64,000 nt of DNA from Deferribacterales bacterium (GCA_050251945.1 JBFWLW010000013.1:1-64000), one strand, 5' to 3'. Numbered from the stretch's first letter, positions 49,614 through 59,987 are shown. Numbers and translations are program-made. The notes: generated by a model not told the origin, from the sequence alone.

Positions 49614-50546
49614 CTATTCTTCCTTATAATTTACATTCTTCAGAAATAACTTAACGTCTTTAAGATCATTATGCTCAACGCAAGAATAGTAAGTAATATA
49701 AGAACCATTTGTCGATTCAACCTGAACCTGAAATTTTAACTTTATAGTAGTTCGATCAAATGATATTCCCAAAGCAGAATATAGCACTTCAAAAAGAATA
49801 AATGGCCAATCTTGAATAGTGAAAACATTGGCACCTTCTTTACTTTCACACTTTACGTGTTCTTGGTGTGTCGTTACATATTGAAGTTTTGAATTTTTTA
49901 TCCAAGCAATCCAAGATGACTCATTTTCAAATTTGTTGTGAGACATAAGTGGAAATGAAGATGTGTGATATTGGTCAAGTTTATGTGTAAAACGATTTCT
50001 CTTGCCATAAAGATATTCGAGCTTAAGCCTTTGCTCCTCATCCTTGTCATCTAACGGATATGATGGTGTACTTGTATTTTCATATTTCCCGAATTCCGGA
50101 TTATAAGTTAATATAATACTATTTAATAATTTTTCTTTTAGACTTTCTGATAAATTATTTATTCCTTGAAAAAAGGCATTCTTGACCCCATATAACTCAT
50201 TGTATTTTTTAAAAAGTTTAATAGCAGAATCAATTACACCACACTCTTTTGGTAATTGATTTATGACTTTATTTTTTTGCTCAACATAAATATTTTTTTT
50301 ACTATTAAGCCAATTTTCAACTGTAATAAATCCTTTATGTTGCCCTAATTTATCGAAACAAGTCAATAAAAGATAAACAACTAAAGCTTCTCGTTCATGC
50401 CGAGGATGAAACCACCACTTTTCGTTATCAAAATCATAAGCGCTCTTCCCAGGTAAATTATCAGACTCTTCAAGTAATTGTTGAGAAAGAACCAATCTCG
50501 ACAAAACAATCTCTTTGACATCTTGTTTTATAGTATCGTTACTCAT
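49614..50546 (-). CDS. AT-rich hypothetical protein with HEPN-like RxxxxH motif
   Basis: YLYGKRNRFTHKL contains R-x4-H, with an upstream helix YLLLTCFDKLG. Base composition is visibly more AT-rich than the flanks. Confidence 0.6.
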   Translation of the reverse strand: MSNDTIKQDVKEIVLSRLVLSQQLLEESDNLPGKSAYDFDNEKWWFHPRHEREALVVYLLLTCFDKLGQHKGFITVENWLNSKKNIYVEQKNKVINQLPKECGVIDSAIKLFKKYNELYGVKNAFFQGINNLSESLKEKLLNSIILTYNPEFGKYENTSTPSYPLDDKDEEQRLKLEYLYGKRNRFTHKLDQYHTSSFPLMSHNKFENESSWIAWIKNSKLQYVTTHQEHVKCESKEGANVFTIQDWPFILFEVLYSALGISFDRTTIKLKFQVQVESTNGSYITYYSCVEHNDLKDVKLFLKNVNYKEE

Positions 50547-50616
50547 TTTAAAACTCTCTCAGAAACAACCTATTAATGATATTAAATAAACTTCAAATAT
50601 AGAATACGGATGTTTT

Positions 50617-51804
50617 TTATTTATCTTCTGCAAACGCCAGAATTCGTTCGGCGCAAGTGTCCCATGTCATCTCTTTTTCGGCTATCTCGACCCCTGCGTC
50701 GATGCGGCGCTGATATTCCGCCTTGTTGCCTATCACGGTCTCCATCTCCTTCAGATGTTCCACAGAGCCGAATTCCGCCTGAATGATAACGTCTTTCAGC
50801 TCCGGCATCCGCTCAATCAGTTTCGGCATGGGCGTTGTGATGAGAAGTGAGCCGGACATAAGACTTGATGTCACTCTGTCGTGTACATGCAGATGCTTGG
50901 GGGTGACGTTAAGGTTTACTGCCATCTGTGAAAGCATAGAGGCGAATCTTGCATACTCTACAGGCTCCAGATATTTCATATTAGCTGCACCCGCACAAAG
51001 CTGTGCCATGGCGGAATCGCCAGCCATCAGGCAGGGGATACCGCTCTCTTTCAACTGATTTACAAAAAACTCGCGGGCAAGGCATTCATAGAATTTTTCG
51101 ACCACTCCTAAAGCTCCTGCAAGCGCGCGGTTGTTCTTCACATAGCCGTAAAACTCGGCTTCGTACTTTTTATAAAATCTGTCCAGAAGGTTCGTTTTCA
51201 AAAATCTCTTTTCATCGGACAGTTCTCCGAATATCTCCTGACAATAGGCTATCACCGCCTGCTTCTGTTCCGGCAGCAGGTTGCTGTTATTCACTTTTTC
51301 AGCTTCCGCCTTTGCAGACGAAATACTTCCGGCAAAGAACACCCGCATATTTTTAACATCGGGCGACTGCAAGGCGGGACATTTCAGAGAAGCAGGGCAT
51401 CCGTAGGGAATCTCCGCGACGGACGAAACGCCCGCCTGTTCCAGAATATGTTTATTATCAATTGTTATGACATGCAGAAATTTACTGTCGAAATTTATCG
51501 TGCCGCTTGCCAGCCAAATATATGGATTATCCACCAGATATACGAAGTGGGGAACCTGCAAAACGTCATAAAAAAAGAATTCTTTTTTCGCTTTATCAAG
51601 AAATTTCGGAAACATATGGTTGATACTGAGTGAAAAATCAGGTTTAAAGCGGTCAAAGATTGCCTGCAGGTTAGAAAATGAAATATCTTCACATCTTAAA
51701 AGCAGACATTCCGCGCCGAGTTTTTCAAATGATATTTTCAGCTCGGACATGAAATTGAACGTCCAGCCCACCTGACTGGGTCCTGCAAATAATATTATAC
51801 GCAT
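50617..51804 (-). CDS. GT-B glycosyltransferase-like protein (CgeB/DUF3880-like)
   Basis: Motifs FKPDFSLSIN, YLVDNP, FFAGS and VNLNVT...HDRVTSSLMSGSLLIT, resembling the Glyco_trans_1_2 C-terminus. Confidence 0.65.
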   Translation of the reverse strand: MRIILFAGPSQVGWTFNFMSELKISFEKLGAECLLLRCEDISFSNLQAIFDRFKPDFSLSINHMFPKFLDKAKKEFFFYDVLQVPHFVYLVDNPYIWLASGTINFDSKFLHVITIDNKHILEQAGVSSVAEIPYGCPASLKCPALQSPDVKNMRVFFAGSISSAKAEAEKVNNSNLLPEQKQAVIAYCQEIFGELSDEKRFLKTNLLDRFYKKYEAEFYGYVKNNRALAGALGVVEKFYECLAREFFVNQLKESGIPCLMAGDSAMAQLCAGAANMKYLEPVEYARFASMLSQMAVNLNVTPKHLHVHDRVTSSLMSGSLLITTPMPKLIERMPELKDVIIQAEFGSVEHLKEMETVIGNKAEYQRRIDAGVEIAEKEMTWDTCAERILAFAEDK

Positions 51805-53639
51805 CAGAACAGTCCCTCAAGCGCGCCGCCCTTCGCCGCCATACTTTCCACTTTTTTAACAATACCTTCGTCCATCTCCATAGCCTCCGGATGGTATGCT
51901 TTGACCCGCGCATCTATCACCAGCGAGCCTGAACAGCCGAAATGTTTGACGTGTTCAAAGGCTCCGATGCCGTATACATCGTTGGCGGGGTTCGACCTTG
52001 TGAAAGTAACCCAGAGGAAATTTGCAATATTTGCCGCGGTAAATTTGCTGTCGTCTGCCAGCACTATGAGAGGAAACCCGTTTATTGGATTGCCGGACTC
52101 AAAATGTTCGCAGAAGCTTATCAGTGCGGGGTCATATTCGCCTCGTTCCGCTGTATGCTTCGGTGCGCGCACGGCAAGAACGCCGTTCATGATAACCCGC
52201 GGCGTATCAAAACCGTCCGGCAGATTCAGATTTTCCGGCAGTTTCGCCGCCAGAGTGCGTTTCTTATCTCCGCAGACAGCCACAGCAACCTTGGAACCCT
52301 TGTTCAGCCCGTGTCCAGTGTAGTCCAGCGTGTCAATTGTCACCGACGTCTGAAAATGCAGGTCTCTGCGCCAGTCCACACGTTCAAGAACATGAGTAAA
52401 AAATTCCTGCGGATCATGTATATCAAGTCCGGGGTTATCCGAAAAGTTTGTGATAAAAAGATATTTTGCCAGAGAAAGCTGACCCTGCCCCAGAATGGCG
52501 TTCGCCTGTGTCAGAATTTCTTTCGGCTCGTCCTGTTTCTGATACGGCGTGTACCGCTCGGAACCGATAGCGAACAGCAGAGGATGCACTCCCGCCGCAT
52601 CAACGGCATGTACCGCTTTCACGCCCGGCAGAACGTCGGGTATAAGCTCCCCCGTGAGTTCGTGTATGAAATTGCCGAAACTGGTGTCCTCCTGCGGAGG
52701 TCGCCCCACCGTTGTGAAAGGGAATATTGCGTCGTCGCGATGATAAACGCCAGTCACCTTCATCACGGGGAAATAGTGTTTCAGGCTGTAATAGCCCACA
52801 TGGTCGCCGAAAGGTCCCTCGGGTTTAAGAGAACCGTCTATATAACCGCGGATAACAAAATCCGCCTCCGCATACACAGCCGCACCGTTTTCGGGTCTGC
52901 AAAAAGGAATACGATGTCCGCCCAGCGCTCCGGCGAAAGAGATTTCGGGCATTCCTTCCGGCAAAGGCATAACAGCGGCGATGGTCATGGAAGGCGCGCC
53001 GCCGATAAAAACGTTCACGTTCAGCCGTTCGCCCTTTGCAATTGCCTGCGAGTGGTGAATCCCGAGTCCTCTGTGTATCTGATAATGTATGCCCGCCTCA
53101 TCGGGTGCGTAGTCATTGCCCGATATCTGCACGCGGTACATCCCGAGGTTGCTGTTTCTATATCCCTCTTTTTCAGGCGATTCCGTATATACCTGCGGAA
53201 GTGTAATAAAAGCTCCGCCGTCCTTTTCCCAGCCCACAAGCTGCGGAAGTTCCTGAAGTTTTATGCTGTTTTTCATAACAGGTGCTCCGGCGACAGTTTT
53301 CGGCAGAATATTCAGCGCCGCTTCCGGAAGCTTCAGAAGTTTCGACGGATTTTTGAACAGATAAGCGGGGTCGGTCTTCGCCTTCACCATCGCCTCAATG
53401 GAGGCAAGTGTATCGCGGAAAATGAACTTCGTCCGCTTCATGGTGCCGAATATGTTGCCCGCCATGGGGAATCTGCACCCCTTGACATTTGTGAACAGCA
53501 GAGCGGGACCGCCCGCCTCGTAAACCTTTCTCTGGATAACCCCCATCTCAAGACAAGGGTCAATTTCTGCATCTATTTTTCTGAGCTGCCCGTGCCTTTC
53601 CAGATCATCCAGACAGCTTTTCAGCGTTTTATATCCCAT
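51804..53639 (-). CDS. ubiD: UbiD family (prFMN-dependent) decarboxylase
   Basis: Motifs GPALLF, NIFGT, DGGAFITLP, NLGMYRVQ, EGPFGDHVGYY and GRPPQED. Confidence 0.92.
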   Translation of the reverse strand: MGYKTLKSCLDDLERHGQLRKIDAEIDPCLEMGVIQRKVYEAGGPALLFTNVKGCRFPMAGNIFGTMKRTKFIFRDTLASIEAMVKAKTDPAYLFKNPSKLLKLPEAALNILPKTVAGAPVMKNSIKLQELPQLVGWEKDGGAFITLPQVYTESPEKEGYRNSNLGMYRVQISGNDYAPDEAGIHYQIHRGLGIHHSQAIAKGERLNVNVFIGGAPSMTIAAVMPLPEGMPEISFAGALGGHRIPFCRPENGAAVYAEADFVIRGYIDGSLKPEGPFGDHVGYYSLKHYFPVMKVTGVYHRDDAIFPFTTVGRPPQEDTSFGNFIHELTGELIPDVLPGVKAVHAVDAAGVHPLLFAIGSERYTPYQKQDEPKEILTQANAILGQGQLSLAKYLFITNFSDNPGLDIHDPQEFFTHVLERVDWRRDLHFQTSVTIDTLDYTGHGLNKGSKVAVAVCGDKKRTLAAKLPENLNLPDGFDTPRVIMNGVLAVRAPKHTAERGEYDPALISFCEHFESGNPINGFPLIVLADDSKFTAANIANFLWVTFTRSNPANDVYGIGAFEHVKHFGCSGSLVIDARVKAYHPEAMEMDEGIVKKVESMAAKGGALEGLF

Positions 53640-53678
53640 ATTTCACCTTGTGGAATAAGGATATAATTTTACAGATGA

Positions 53679-54110
53679 TCAGGCAAGTGAATTAAAGAAG
53701 TATGCCGAAAGTCCGCATACGAGGGAAAAGATGAGACTTAAAGGGGTATAGACAAGGGTGTCGTACTCTGCAAAGCCTGTGTTGCGTATTTTGCGGAAGA
53801 TACCGACGAATCTGAAATCGCCGATGAAGCGCACGAAGAAAACCACACAGAAGAACATCAGCATTATTCTGAAAATAGAGAGCAAGCGCGCATCGCTGAT
53901 ATAAAACGGCGAAGTTGCCGCCATTGCAACAACGATAAGCACAGTGCCGACAATTGCCGTTCCGGCGCGTGTGGGTTTAAAAAGTTTTCTGCCGTCGGTC
54001 TTTTCCGGAAGCGCTCTCTCAATGAACAGCAGACCTCCAAGGCTCCAGTATATGTGAACCAGAGCGACAGCGAGCATCAAAAAGGAACCTATAATAATAA
54101 ATAGTTTCAT
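53679..54110 (-). CDS. Membrane protein, DUF3995-like
   Basis: Motifs HIYWSLGG, RFIGDFRFVG and DTLVYTPL. Confidence 0.8.
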   Translation of the reverse strand: MKLFIIIGSFLMLAVALVHIYWSLGGLLFIERALPEKTDGRKLFKPTRAGTAIVGTVLIVVAMAATSPFYISDARLLSIFRIMLMFFCVVFFVRFIGDFRFVGIFRKIRNTGFAEYDTLVYTPLSLIFSLVCGLSAYFFNSLA

Positions 54111-54155
54111 ATCTGTCTTTATAGCAGGCGGGGCGTCGCCCCGCCACATAAATAT

Positions 54156-55031
54156 TTATTTCGCGATTGTCTGTTTCGCGACGCTCTCTGCTATCTTGCC
54201 AAACGCAATCGCAGTGGGTGTGTCTTTCACCTCAAGAACGTAGGGCTTTCCGCTGTCGCCCTGAATGACAACCATCGGGTCTATCGGCACTCTGCCGAGG
54301 AAATTCACCTGCATTTCGGCGGCAGCTTTTTCGCCTCCGCCTGATTTGAACAGGTCAATTGTTTCGCCGCAATGGGGACAGACCAGTCCGCTCATATTCT
54401 CGACAATGCCGAGAACCGGAATGTTCAGTTTGCGGGCAAAGGTCACGGATTTTCTGGAATCCAGAAGCGCAACCTCCTGCGGTGTGGTGACAATCACAGC
54501 GCCGTCAACAGCGCCGATGACATGGGCAACGCTCAAAGGCTCGTCGCCTGTGCCGGGGGGCAGGTCAATTATAATAAAATCAAGCTCACCCCAGTCAACG
54601 TCGGATATGAACTGTTCGATCATACCGTGTTTAACGGGTGCGCGCCAGATGATGGCGTCGTCGTCGTTTTCAAGAAGAAAAGCAACGGACATAACTTTAA
54701 GTCCCTCCGCCGCTTCAAAAGGAACGATTCCGTTCTCCCCCGAACGAACGCCTTTCTGGGTCAGTCCGAACATCTTGGGAATATTCGGTCCGTGGATGTC
54801 CGCATCCATTATGCCTACGCTGTAACCCAGCGAATGCAAAGCGGATGCGAGGCTCACGCTGACAGTGGATTTTCCCACGCCGCCCTTGCCGCTCATGACC
54901 ATAATTTTGTATTTGATCTTGCTCAGTCTTTCGTCAAGTTGCTGCTTGGCGTGCAGTTTCTTCTCGTCTGTGCTGCATCCCGCTGCGGAAGAGCAGGAGG
55001 AACAGGCGTTCTCTGAATTGCAATCACTCAT
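54156..55031 (-). CDS. mrp: Mrp/ApbC Fe-S cluster carrier ATPase
   Basis: Motifs SGKGGVGKST, DADIHGP, DLPPGTGD, VTTPQ and ENMS..CPHC. Confidence 0.95.
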   Translation of the reverse strand: MSDCNSENACSSCSSAAGCSTDEKKLHAKQQLDERLSKIKYKIMVMSGKGGVGKSTVSVSLASALHSLGYSVGIMDADIHGPNIPKMFGLTQKGVRSGENGIVPFEAAEGLKVMSVAFLLENDDDAIIWRAPVKHGMIEQFISDVDWGELDFIIIDLPPGTGDEPLSVAHVIGAVDGAVIVTTPQEVALLDSRKSVTFARKLNIPVLGIVENMSGLVCPHCGETIDLFKSGGGEKAAAEMQVNFLGRVPIDPMVVIQGDSGKPYVLEVKDTPTAIAFGKIAESVAKQTIAK

Positions 55032-55181
55032 GTGAAACCTCCGTTTGTGTGCATCACTGTGAAATATATAAAGTTCCCGGACTAATTTCCACCTGTTTTT
55101 AGAATTTCCTGATGTAAATCAATTTATTTTTAATTGCGCCAAACTTTTTGTCGGTATAAAATATACTGAACAAGGGGAATC

Positions 55182-55589
55182 ATGAACGAAGAATATATTA
55201 AAGACGTGGAACTTTTAAAAAACCTTTCCATCATGCATGTTGAGGACGATACCAGCGTGCGTGAGAGTCTGATGCGCTTTCTGAAAAGAAGGTTTGAAAC
55301 AATATTCACCGCCAAGGACGGGCAGGAAGGGCTTGAGATGTATCAGGTCAACCGTCCCGACATAGTCATTACTGACATACAGATGCCTGTCATGGACGGT
55401 ATTGAGATGGCAAAGAGAATTCTTGAGATAAACCCCGAAGCGGTGATCGTGATCACCACCGCGTTCAACGAAAAACCGTATATCGACAAGGCTTCCGAAA
55501 TAGGCATCTTTGAATATCTTAAGAAACCCGTAGTTAAGGAAGACCTCACGCTTACCCTGCGCAAATGCGCCGAACGCATTAAAAAGTAA
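55182..55589 (+). CDS. Single-domain response regulator
   Basis: Motifs VEDD, TDIQMPVMDG, TTAF and LKKPV. Confidence 0.92.
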   Translation: MNEEYIKDVELLKNLSIMHVEDDTSVRESLMRFLKRRFETIFTAKDGQEGLEMYQVNRPDIVITDIQMPVMDGIEMAKRILEINPEAVIVITTAFNEKPYIDKASEIGIFEYLKKPVVKEDLTLTLRKCAERIKK

Positions 55590-56381
55590 CTATTTCATCA
55601 TCCAGAAATGGTCAACGGGACCATGCCCCGAACCGATACGCAGACTGTCGGCATTTTCTATCGCCTTCTGTATGTAACTTTTCGCCGACTTAACCGCATC
55701 GTACACCGAAAGCCCTCTGGCAAGTCCTGCCGCAATGGCGCTCGCCATGGCGCAGCCCGTTCCGTGGGTATTTTTTGTGTCTATTCTGGGCGTTGTAAAC
55801 GTGTGAAAGTCACTGCCGTCATAAAGCAGGTCAGTAGCCTCGACACTTCCCATATGCCCGCCCTTTAAAAGAACGTTCTGCACGCCCATGTCGGCTATTT
55901 CAAGACACACTTCCTTCATATCCGCGCCGCTTACTATCTTTTTACCCGTGATAAACTCCGCCTCCGGTATGTTCGGCGTGAGCACCAGAGCCTGCGGGAA
56001 AAGAAGGCTCTTCATCTTATCCACAGCCTCCTGACGCAGGAGAGGCGATCCGCCTTTCGCCACCATCACCGGATCGACAACGAGGTTGTCCACATGATAC
56101 TGAGCCAGCTTAAAAGACACCAGCGCCACAGTATCGGGATTTGAGAGCATACCCGTTTTAACGGCATCCGGTATAAGGTCTGCAAATATTGAATCTATCT
56201 GCATCTCTATGTATTCGAGAGGGATGTCTACATATCCCTGAACGCCGAGCGTGTTCTGCGCCGTCACCGCCGTGATAACGCTCATGGCGAACACCCCGTT
56301 TGCGCTCATGGATTTTATATCCGCCTGAATTCCCGCCCCGCCGCCGGAGTCGGAACCGGCTATTGTAAGTGCCTTTTTCAT
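55590..56381 (-). CDS. thiD: Hydroxymethylpyrimidine/phosphomethylpyrimidine kinase
   Basis: Motifs TIAGSDSGGGAGIQAD, DPVM, TPNIPE, KGGH and THGTGC. Confidence 0.97.
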   Translation of the reverse strand: MKKALTIAGSDSGGGAGIQADIKSMSANGVFAMSVITAVTAQNTLGVQGYVDIPLEYIEMQIDSIFADLIPDAVKTGMLSNPDTVALVSFKLAQYHVDNLVVDPVMVAKGGSPLLRQEAVDKMKSLLFPQALVLTPNIPEAEFITGKKIVSGADMKEVCLEIADMGVQNVLLKGGHMGSVEATDLLYDGSDFHTFTTPRIDTKNTHGTGCAMASAIAAGLARGLSVYDAVKSAKSYIQKAIENADSLRIGSGHGPVDHFWMMK

Positions 56382-59300
56382 GAATCCCCCGTACGCTTTC
56401 TGTAAAAACTGTTCTTCTGCTCTTTATGCTCGTATGTCTTGGATTTTATCTCATATCTGCCTTTGCCGATAAGATCGTCTATCTCTTTGTAAAAATCGAA
56501 ATCAGGTTTAATATTAAACTCTTCCCCGACGTTTATAAAAACCCCGTATGTCTTCGGGCGCTCCAGATAGAACGTCACGGGGACGTCGCCTTTGTGCAGC
56601 TTTATAATAGTTTTGAGCTTGCTGATTATCTCTGTGGTCATGCCGAGGCTGGTGAGCTTTATTGTGACCCGCTCGGTGAGTTTTTCCACGGCTTCAGGAA
56701 CATCCATTATGGCATCAGCCAGTATGGTGGTCTCCTCGTCCTTGTGGTTAACACTGCCGGCAACAACAACTATCTTGTCCGCCACAAGGTGACGCACGGT
56801 CTCTTCGTACACCCGCGGGAACACAACCACGTCAAGTTCACCGTCCATATCCTCAAGGGTAACGAAAGCCATTTTGTCGCCTTTTTTCGTAAAAATGTTC
56901 TTTATCGCCTTCACAAGACCGCCGATGACGTACTGACCCGATGCTTCGGGAGTTTTAAGCTCCGCCATAGGCACTGTGAAAGTTTTCAGTATATTATGGT
57001 AAACAGCCAGAGGGTGATTTGTGATATAGAAATCCAGTACCTCTTTCTCCATCTTGAGAAGCTCGTTCTCCGGCATCTCCGTCACGTCAGGGAAGTAATC
57101 GCTTTCGCCGCCGTCCTCCGTCTCGTCCTCAAGGAACGATTCCAGAGAAATGATGCCCTGCTGTTCCATCTTCTGCTTGCGCTGCCCCTCTTCCAGAGCT
57201 TTTTCAAGCACCTGAAGATTCTGCCTGCGGTTTTTGCCCGTACTGTCGAAAGCACCCGCCTTGACAAGGGATTCCAACACTTTTTTATTGCTCAGGCGCA
57301 GGTCGACCCGCGAGCAGTATTCGTATATATTTTTGAACTCTCCGCCCTCTTCCCGCACTTTCAGTGCCGCTTCGATGGCGTTCATTCCCACGTTTTTAAT
57401 AGCTCCCAGTCCGAAACGGATGGTGTGCCCGTCTATGACAAACGATGCTCCGGATTTGTTGATATCCGGCGGATGCACCTCTATGCCCATACTTTTACAT
57501 TCTTCCGTAAAGGTTACTATCTTTTCGCCTTTGTCTATCTCACAGGAGAGTATCGCCGCCATGTATTCCACAGGGTAATTTGCTTTCAGGTAAGCAGTCT
57601 GATAGGAAACCAGCGCGTATGCGGCAGAGTGAGATTTGTTGAAGCCGTATCCGGCAAATTTTGCCAGTTTATCGAACAGGTCTTCCGCCATGACCATATC
57701 GAATCCCTTTTTTTTCGCTCCGGGAATGGTCTTTCCGTCGCCATGAAGGAAAAACTCCTTCTGTTTGTCCATCTCATACGCTTTCTTCTTACCCATGGCA
57801 CGGCGCAGGTTGTCCGCCGAACCGAGCGAATAGCCGGCGACTATCTGAGCGATCTGCATTACCTGTTCCTGATAGATAACAACCCCGCGGGTCTCTTTCA
57901 ATATCTCCGTAAGTTCAGGGAAGATATAGTCAATCTCCTCTTCGCCCCATTTACGCTTAACGAAAGAATCAAGCATGCCTGATTCCATGGGACCGGGACG
58001 GTACAGAGCAACAAGTGCTATGATGTCCTCAAACTCTTCGGGTTTCAGTTTTTTCAGAAGGTTTTTCATGCCGGAGCTTTCCAACTGGAAAACGCCCGTT
58101 GTGTCGCCGCGGCAGAGCAGGTCGTATACCTTTTTATCGTCCAGCGGGATTCTGGATATGTCCAGATCTTCGCCTCTGTTCTCTTTGATGCGCTTAAGCG
58201 CCTCGTCTATGATGGTCAGGTTGTTCAGCCCGAGGAAGTCAAACTTAACAAGCCCGACAGCCTCCAGCGTATCCTTTTCAAACTGGGTGATAACCTCGTC
58301 GTTCTGACCCCTGCAAAGCGGAACGTACTCGTTCAGCGGTCTATCGGAAATAACAACGCCCGCCGCGTGCATACCCGTGTTGCGGACAAGTCCTTCAAGC
58401 TTTACCGCGTGGTTCAGGATGTCCAGTCCGTGTTCAACCTCTTTGAAGTTATCGTTCAGCGAAGGATCTTTCTCCAGAGCCTTGCGCAATGTCATACCCG
58501 GGTCGGAAGGGAGCGCCTTCGCCAGTTTATCAACGTCTTTCAGCGGCACCTCAAGCACACGCCCTACGTCGCGAATTGTGCTTCTGCCCATCAGCTTACC
58601 GAATGTGATGATCTGCGATACCCTGTCATCGCCGTATTTCCGGCGGACGTACTTTATGACCTCTTCACGCCCTCTTACGCAAAAGTCGATATCGAAGTCG
58701 GGCATGGACTCTCTTTCGGGGTTCAGGAACCGCTCGAAAAGCAGATTGAACCGTATCGGGTCAATATCCGTGATACCTATGCTGTATGCCACCAGTGAAC
58801 CCGCACCGGAACCCCTGCCGGGTCCCACGGGAACGCCTATTGTGTGAGCATGGTTGATGAAATCCCATACTATGAGAAAGTAGCCGTCGAAGTGCTTTCC
58901 TATGATAACGTCAAGCTCTTCTCTGAGCCTCTGATGATACATTTCATGCTTCTCTGAGGGGATTTTTGCCAGTTTTTTCACAAGCCCGTTGCGGGCAAGG
59001 TGAGTCAGGTAATCCGCGATGGTGTTGAAACCCTCCGGAACCTCGTATTCAGGGAGGTGGAGGTGTCCGAACTCTATGGATGTATTGCACCGCTCCGCTA
59101 TTGCCACAGTGTTGGTCAGCGCCGAAGGCACTTCGCTAAACGCCTCCCACATCTCTTCGGGACTTTTAACCCAGAGCTGATCCGAGTGTATCTCGAATTT
59201 GTTGGGGCTGTTCACTGTGGACTGGGTCTGTATGCATATGAGAACCTGATGGCTCAGGTGGTCGCCCTTGTTCAGATAGTGGCAGTCGTTTGTTGCCACC

Positions 59301-59917
59301 AGCGGGATGCCCGTTTCATGCGACATCTTTATTATCTGGCGGTTCACCATCATCTGTTCCTCTATGCCGTTCTCCTGAATCTCAAGGAAGAAATCGTCTT
59401 TGCCGAGGATATCTCTGTATTCCATTGCGGCGGCAAGTGCCTCGTCATATCTGTCGCGCATCAGCTTTCTGGGTATCTCACCCGCAAGACATGCGGAAAG
59501 ACCAATCAGACCTTCGGAATATTGCGCAAGTATCTCTTTATCTATACGTGGTTTATAGTGGAAGCCCTCAAATTGTGCAAGGGAGACCAGCTTCTGCAGA
59601 TTAGAAAGTCCCTTATTGTTCTTTGCCTGCAGAACAAGGTGATAGTTCCTGTCCTGTCCCTTTTCATATGATGTATTTCTACGGCTGTCCGGCGCAACAT
59701 ATACTTCGCAGCCGAGGATGGGCTTGATGTCGTTGGCAAGCGCCTGTTTATAAAAGTCCACTATGCCGTGCATGGTTCCGTGGTCGGATATGCCGACGAT
59801 GGGCGTTGTTCCGTTTGTTTTTATTTTCTTCATAAGGTCGCCCACGATTATGGCACCGTCCAGCAGTGAATACTGGGTGTGCAGGTGAAGGTGGACGAAC
59901 TCTTTGTTCTGGGACAT
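56378..59917 (-). CDS. dnaE: DNA polymerase III alpha subunit
   Basis: PHP domain FVHLHLHTQYSLLDG, GPGRGSGAGS, PDFDIDF, KFDFLGL, YGFNKSH and an OB fold. No intein is visible. Confidence 0.99.
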   Translation of the reverse strand: MSQNKEFVHLHLHTQYSLLDGAIIVGDLMKKIKTNGTTPIVGISDHGTMHGIVDFYKQALANDIKPILGCEVYVAPDSRRNTSYEKGQDRNYHLVLQAKNNKGLSNLQKLVSLAQFEGFHYKPRIDKEILAQYSEGLIGLSACLAGEIPRKLMRDRYDEALAAAMEYRDILGKDDFFLEIQENGIEEQMMVNRQIIKMSHETGIPLVATNDCHYLNKGDHLSHQVLICIQTQSTVNSPNKFEIHSDQLWVKSPEEMWEAFSEVPSALTNTVAIAERCNTSIEFGHLHLPEYEVPEGFNTIADYLTHLARNGLVKKLAKIPSEKHEMYHQRLREELDVIIGKHFDGYFLIVWDFINHAHTIGVPVGPGRGSGAGSLVAYSIGITDIDPIRFNLLFERFLNPERESMPDFDIDFCVRGREEVIKYVRRKYGDDRVSQIITFGKLMGRSTIRDVGRVLEVPLKDVDKLAKALPSDPGMTLRKALEKDPSLNDNFKEVEHGLDILNHAVKLEGLVRNTGMHAAGVVISDRPLNEYVPLCRGQNDEVITQFEKDTLEAVGLVKFDFLGLNNLTIIDEALKRIKENRGEDLDISRIPLDDKKVYDLLCRGDTTGVFQLESSGMKNLLKKLKPEEFEDIIALVALYRPGPMESGMLDSFVKRKWGEEEIDYIFPELTEILKETRGVVIYQEQVMQIAQIVAGYSLGSADNLRRAMGKKKAYEMDKQKEFFLHGDGKTIPGAKKKGFDMVMAEDLFDKLAKFAGYGFNKSHSAAYALVSYQTAYLKANYPVEYMAAILSCEIDKGEKIVTFTEECKSMGIEVHPPDINKSGASFVIDGHTIRFGLGAIKNVGMNAIEAALKVREEGGEFKNIYEYCSRVDLRLSNKKVLESLVKAGAFDSTGKNRRQNLQVLEKALEEGQRKQKMEQQGIISLESFLEDETEDGGESDYFPDVTEMPENELLKMEKEVLDFYITNHPLAVYHNILKTFTVPMAELKTPEASGQYVIGGLVKAIKNIFTKKGDKMAFVTLEDMDGELDVVVFPRVYEETVRHLVADKIVVVAGSVNHKDEETTILADAIMDVPEAVEKLTERVTIKLTSLGMTTEIISKLKTIIKLHKGDVPVTFYLERPKTYGVFINVGEEFNIKPDFDFYKEIDDLIGKGRYEIKSKTYEHKEQKNSFYRKRTGDS

Positions 59918-59987
59918 TGATACCTCTGAATCAAATTTACGATTTAAATATTGTATCAAATCAGTGCTGTGATGTGAACACTAAATT

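Noticed and set aside
51942..53666. 574-aa plus-strand ORF
   Set aside because: It is the antisense shadow of ubiD and has no recognisable motifs.
56426..57982. 518-aa plus-strand ORF (and other long ORFs opposite dnaE)
   Set aside because: These are antisense shadows of dnaE caused by codon bias.
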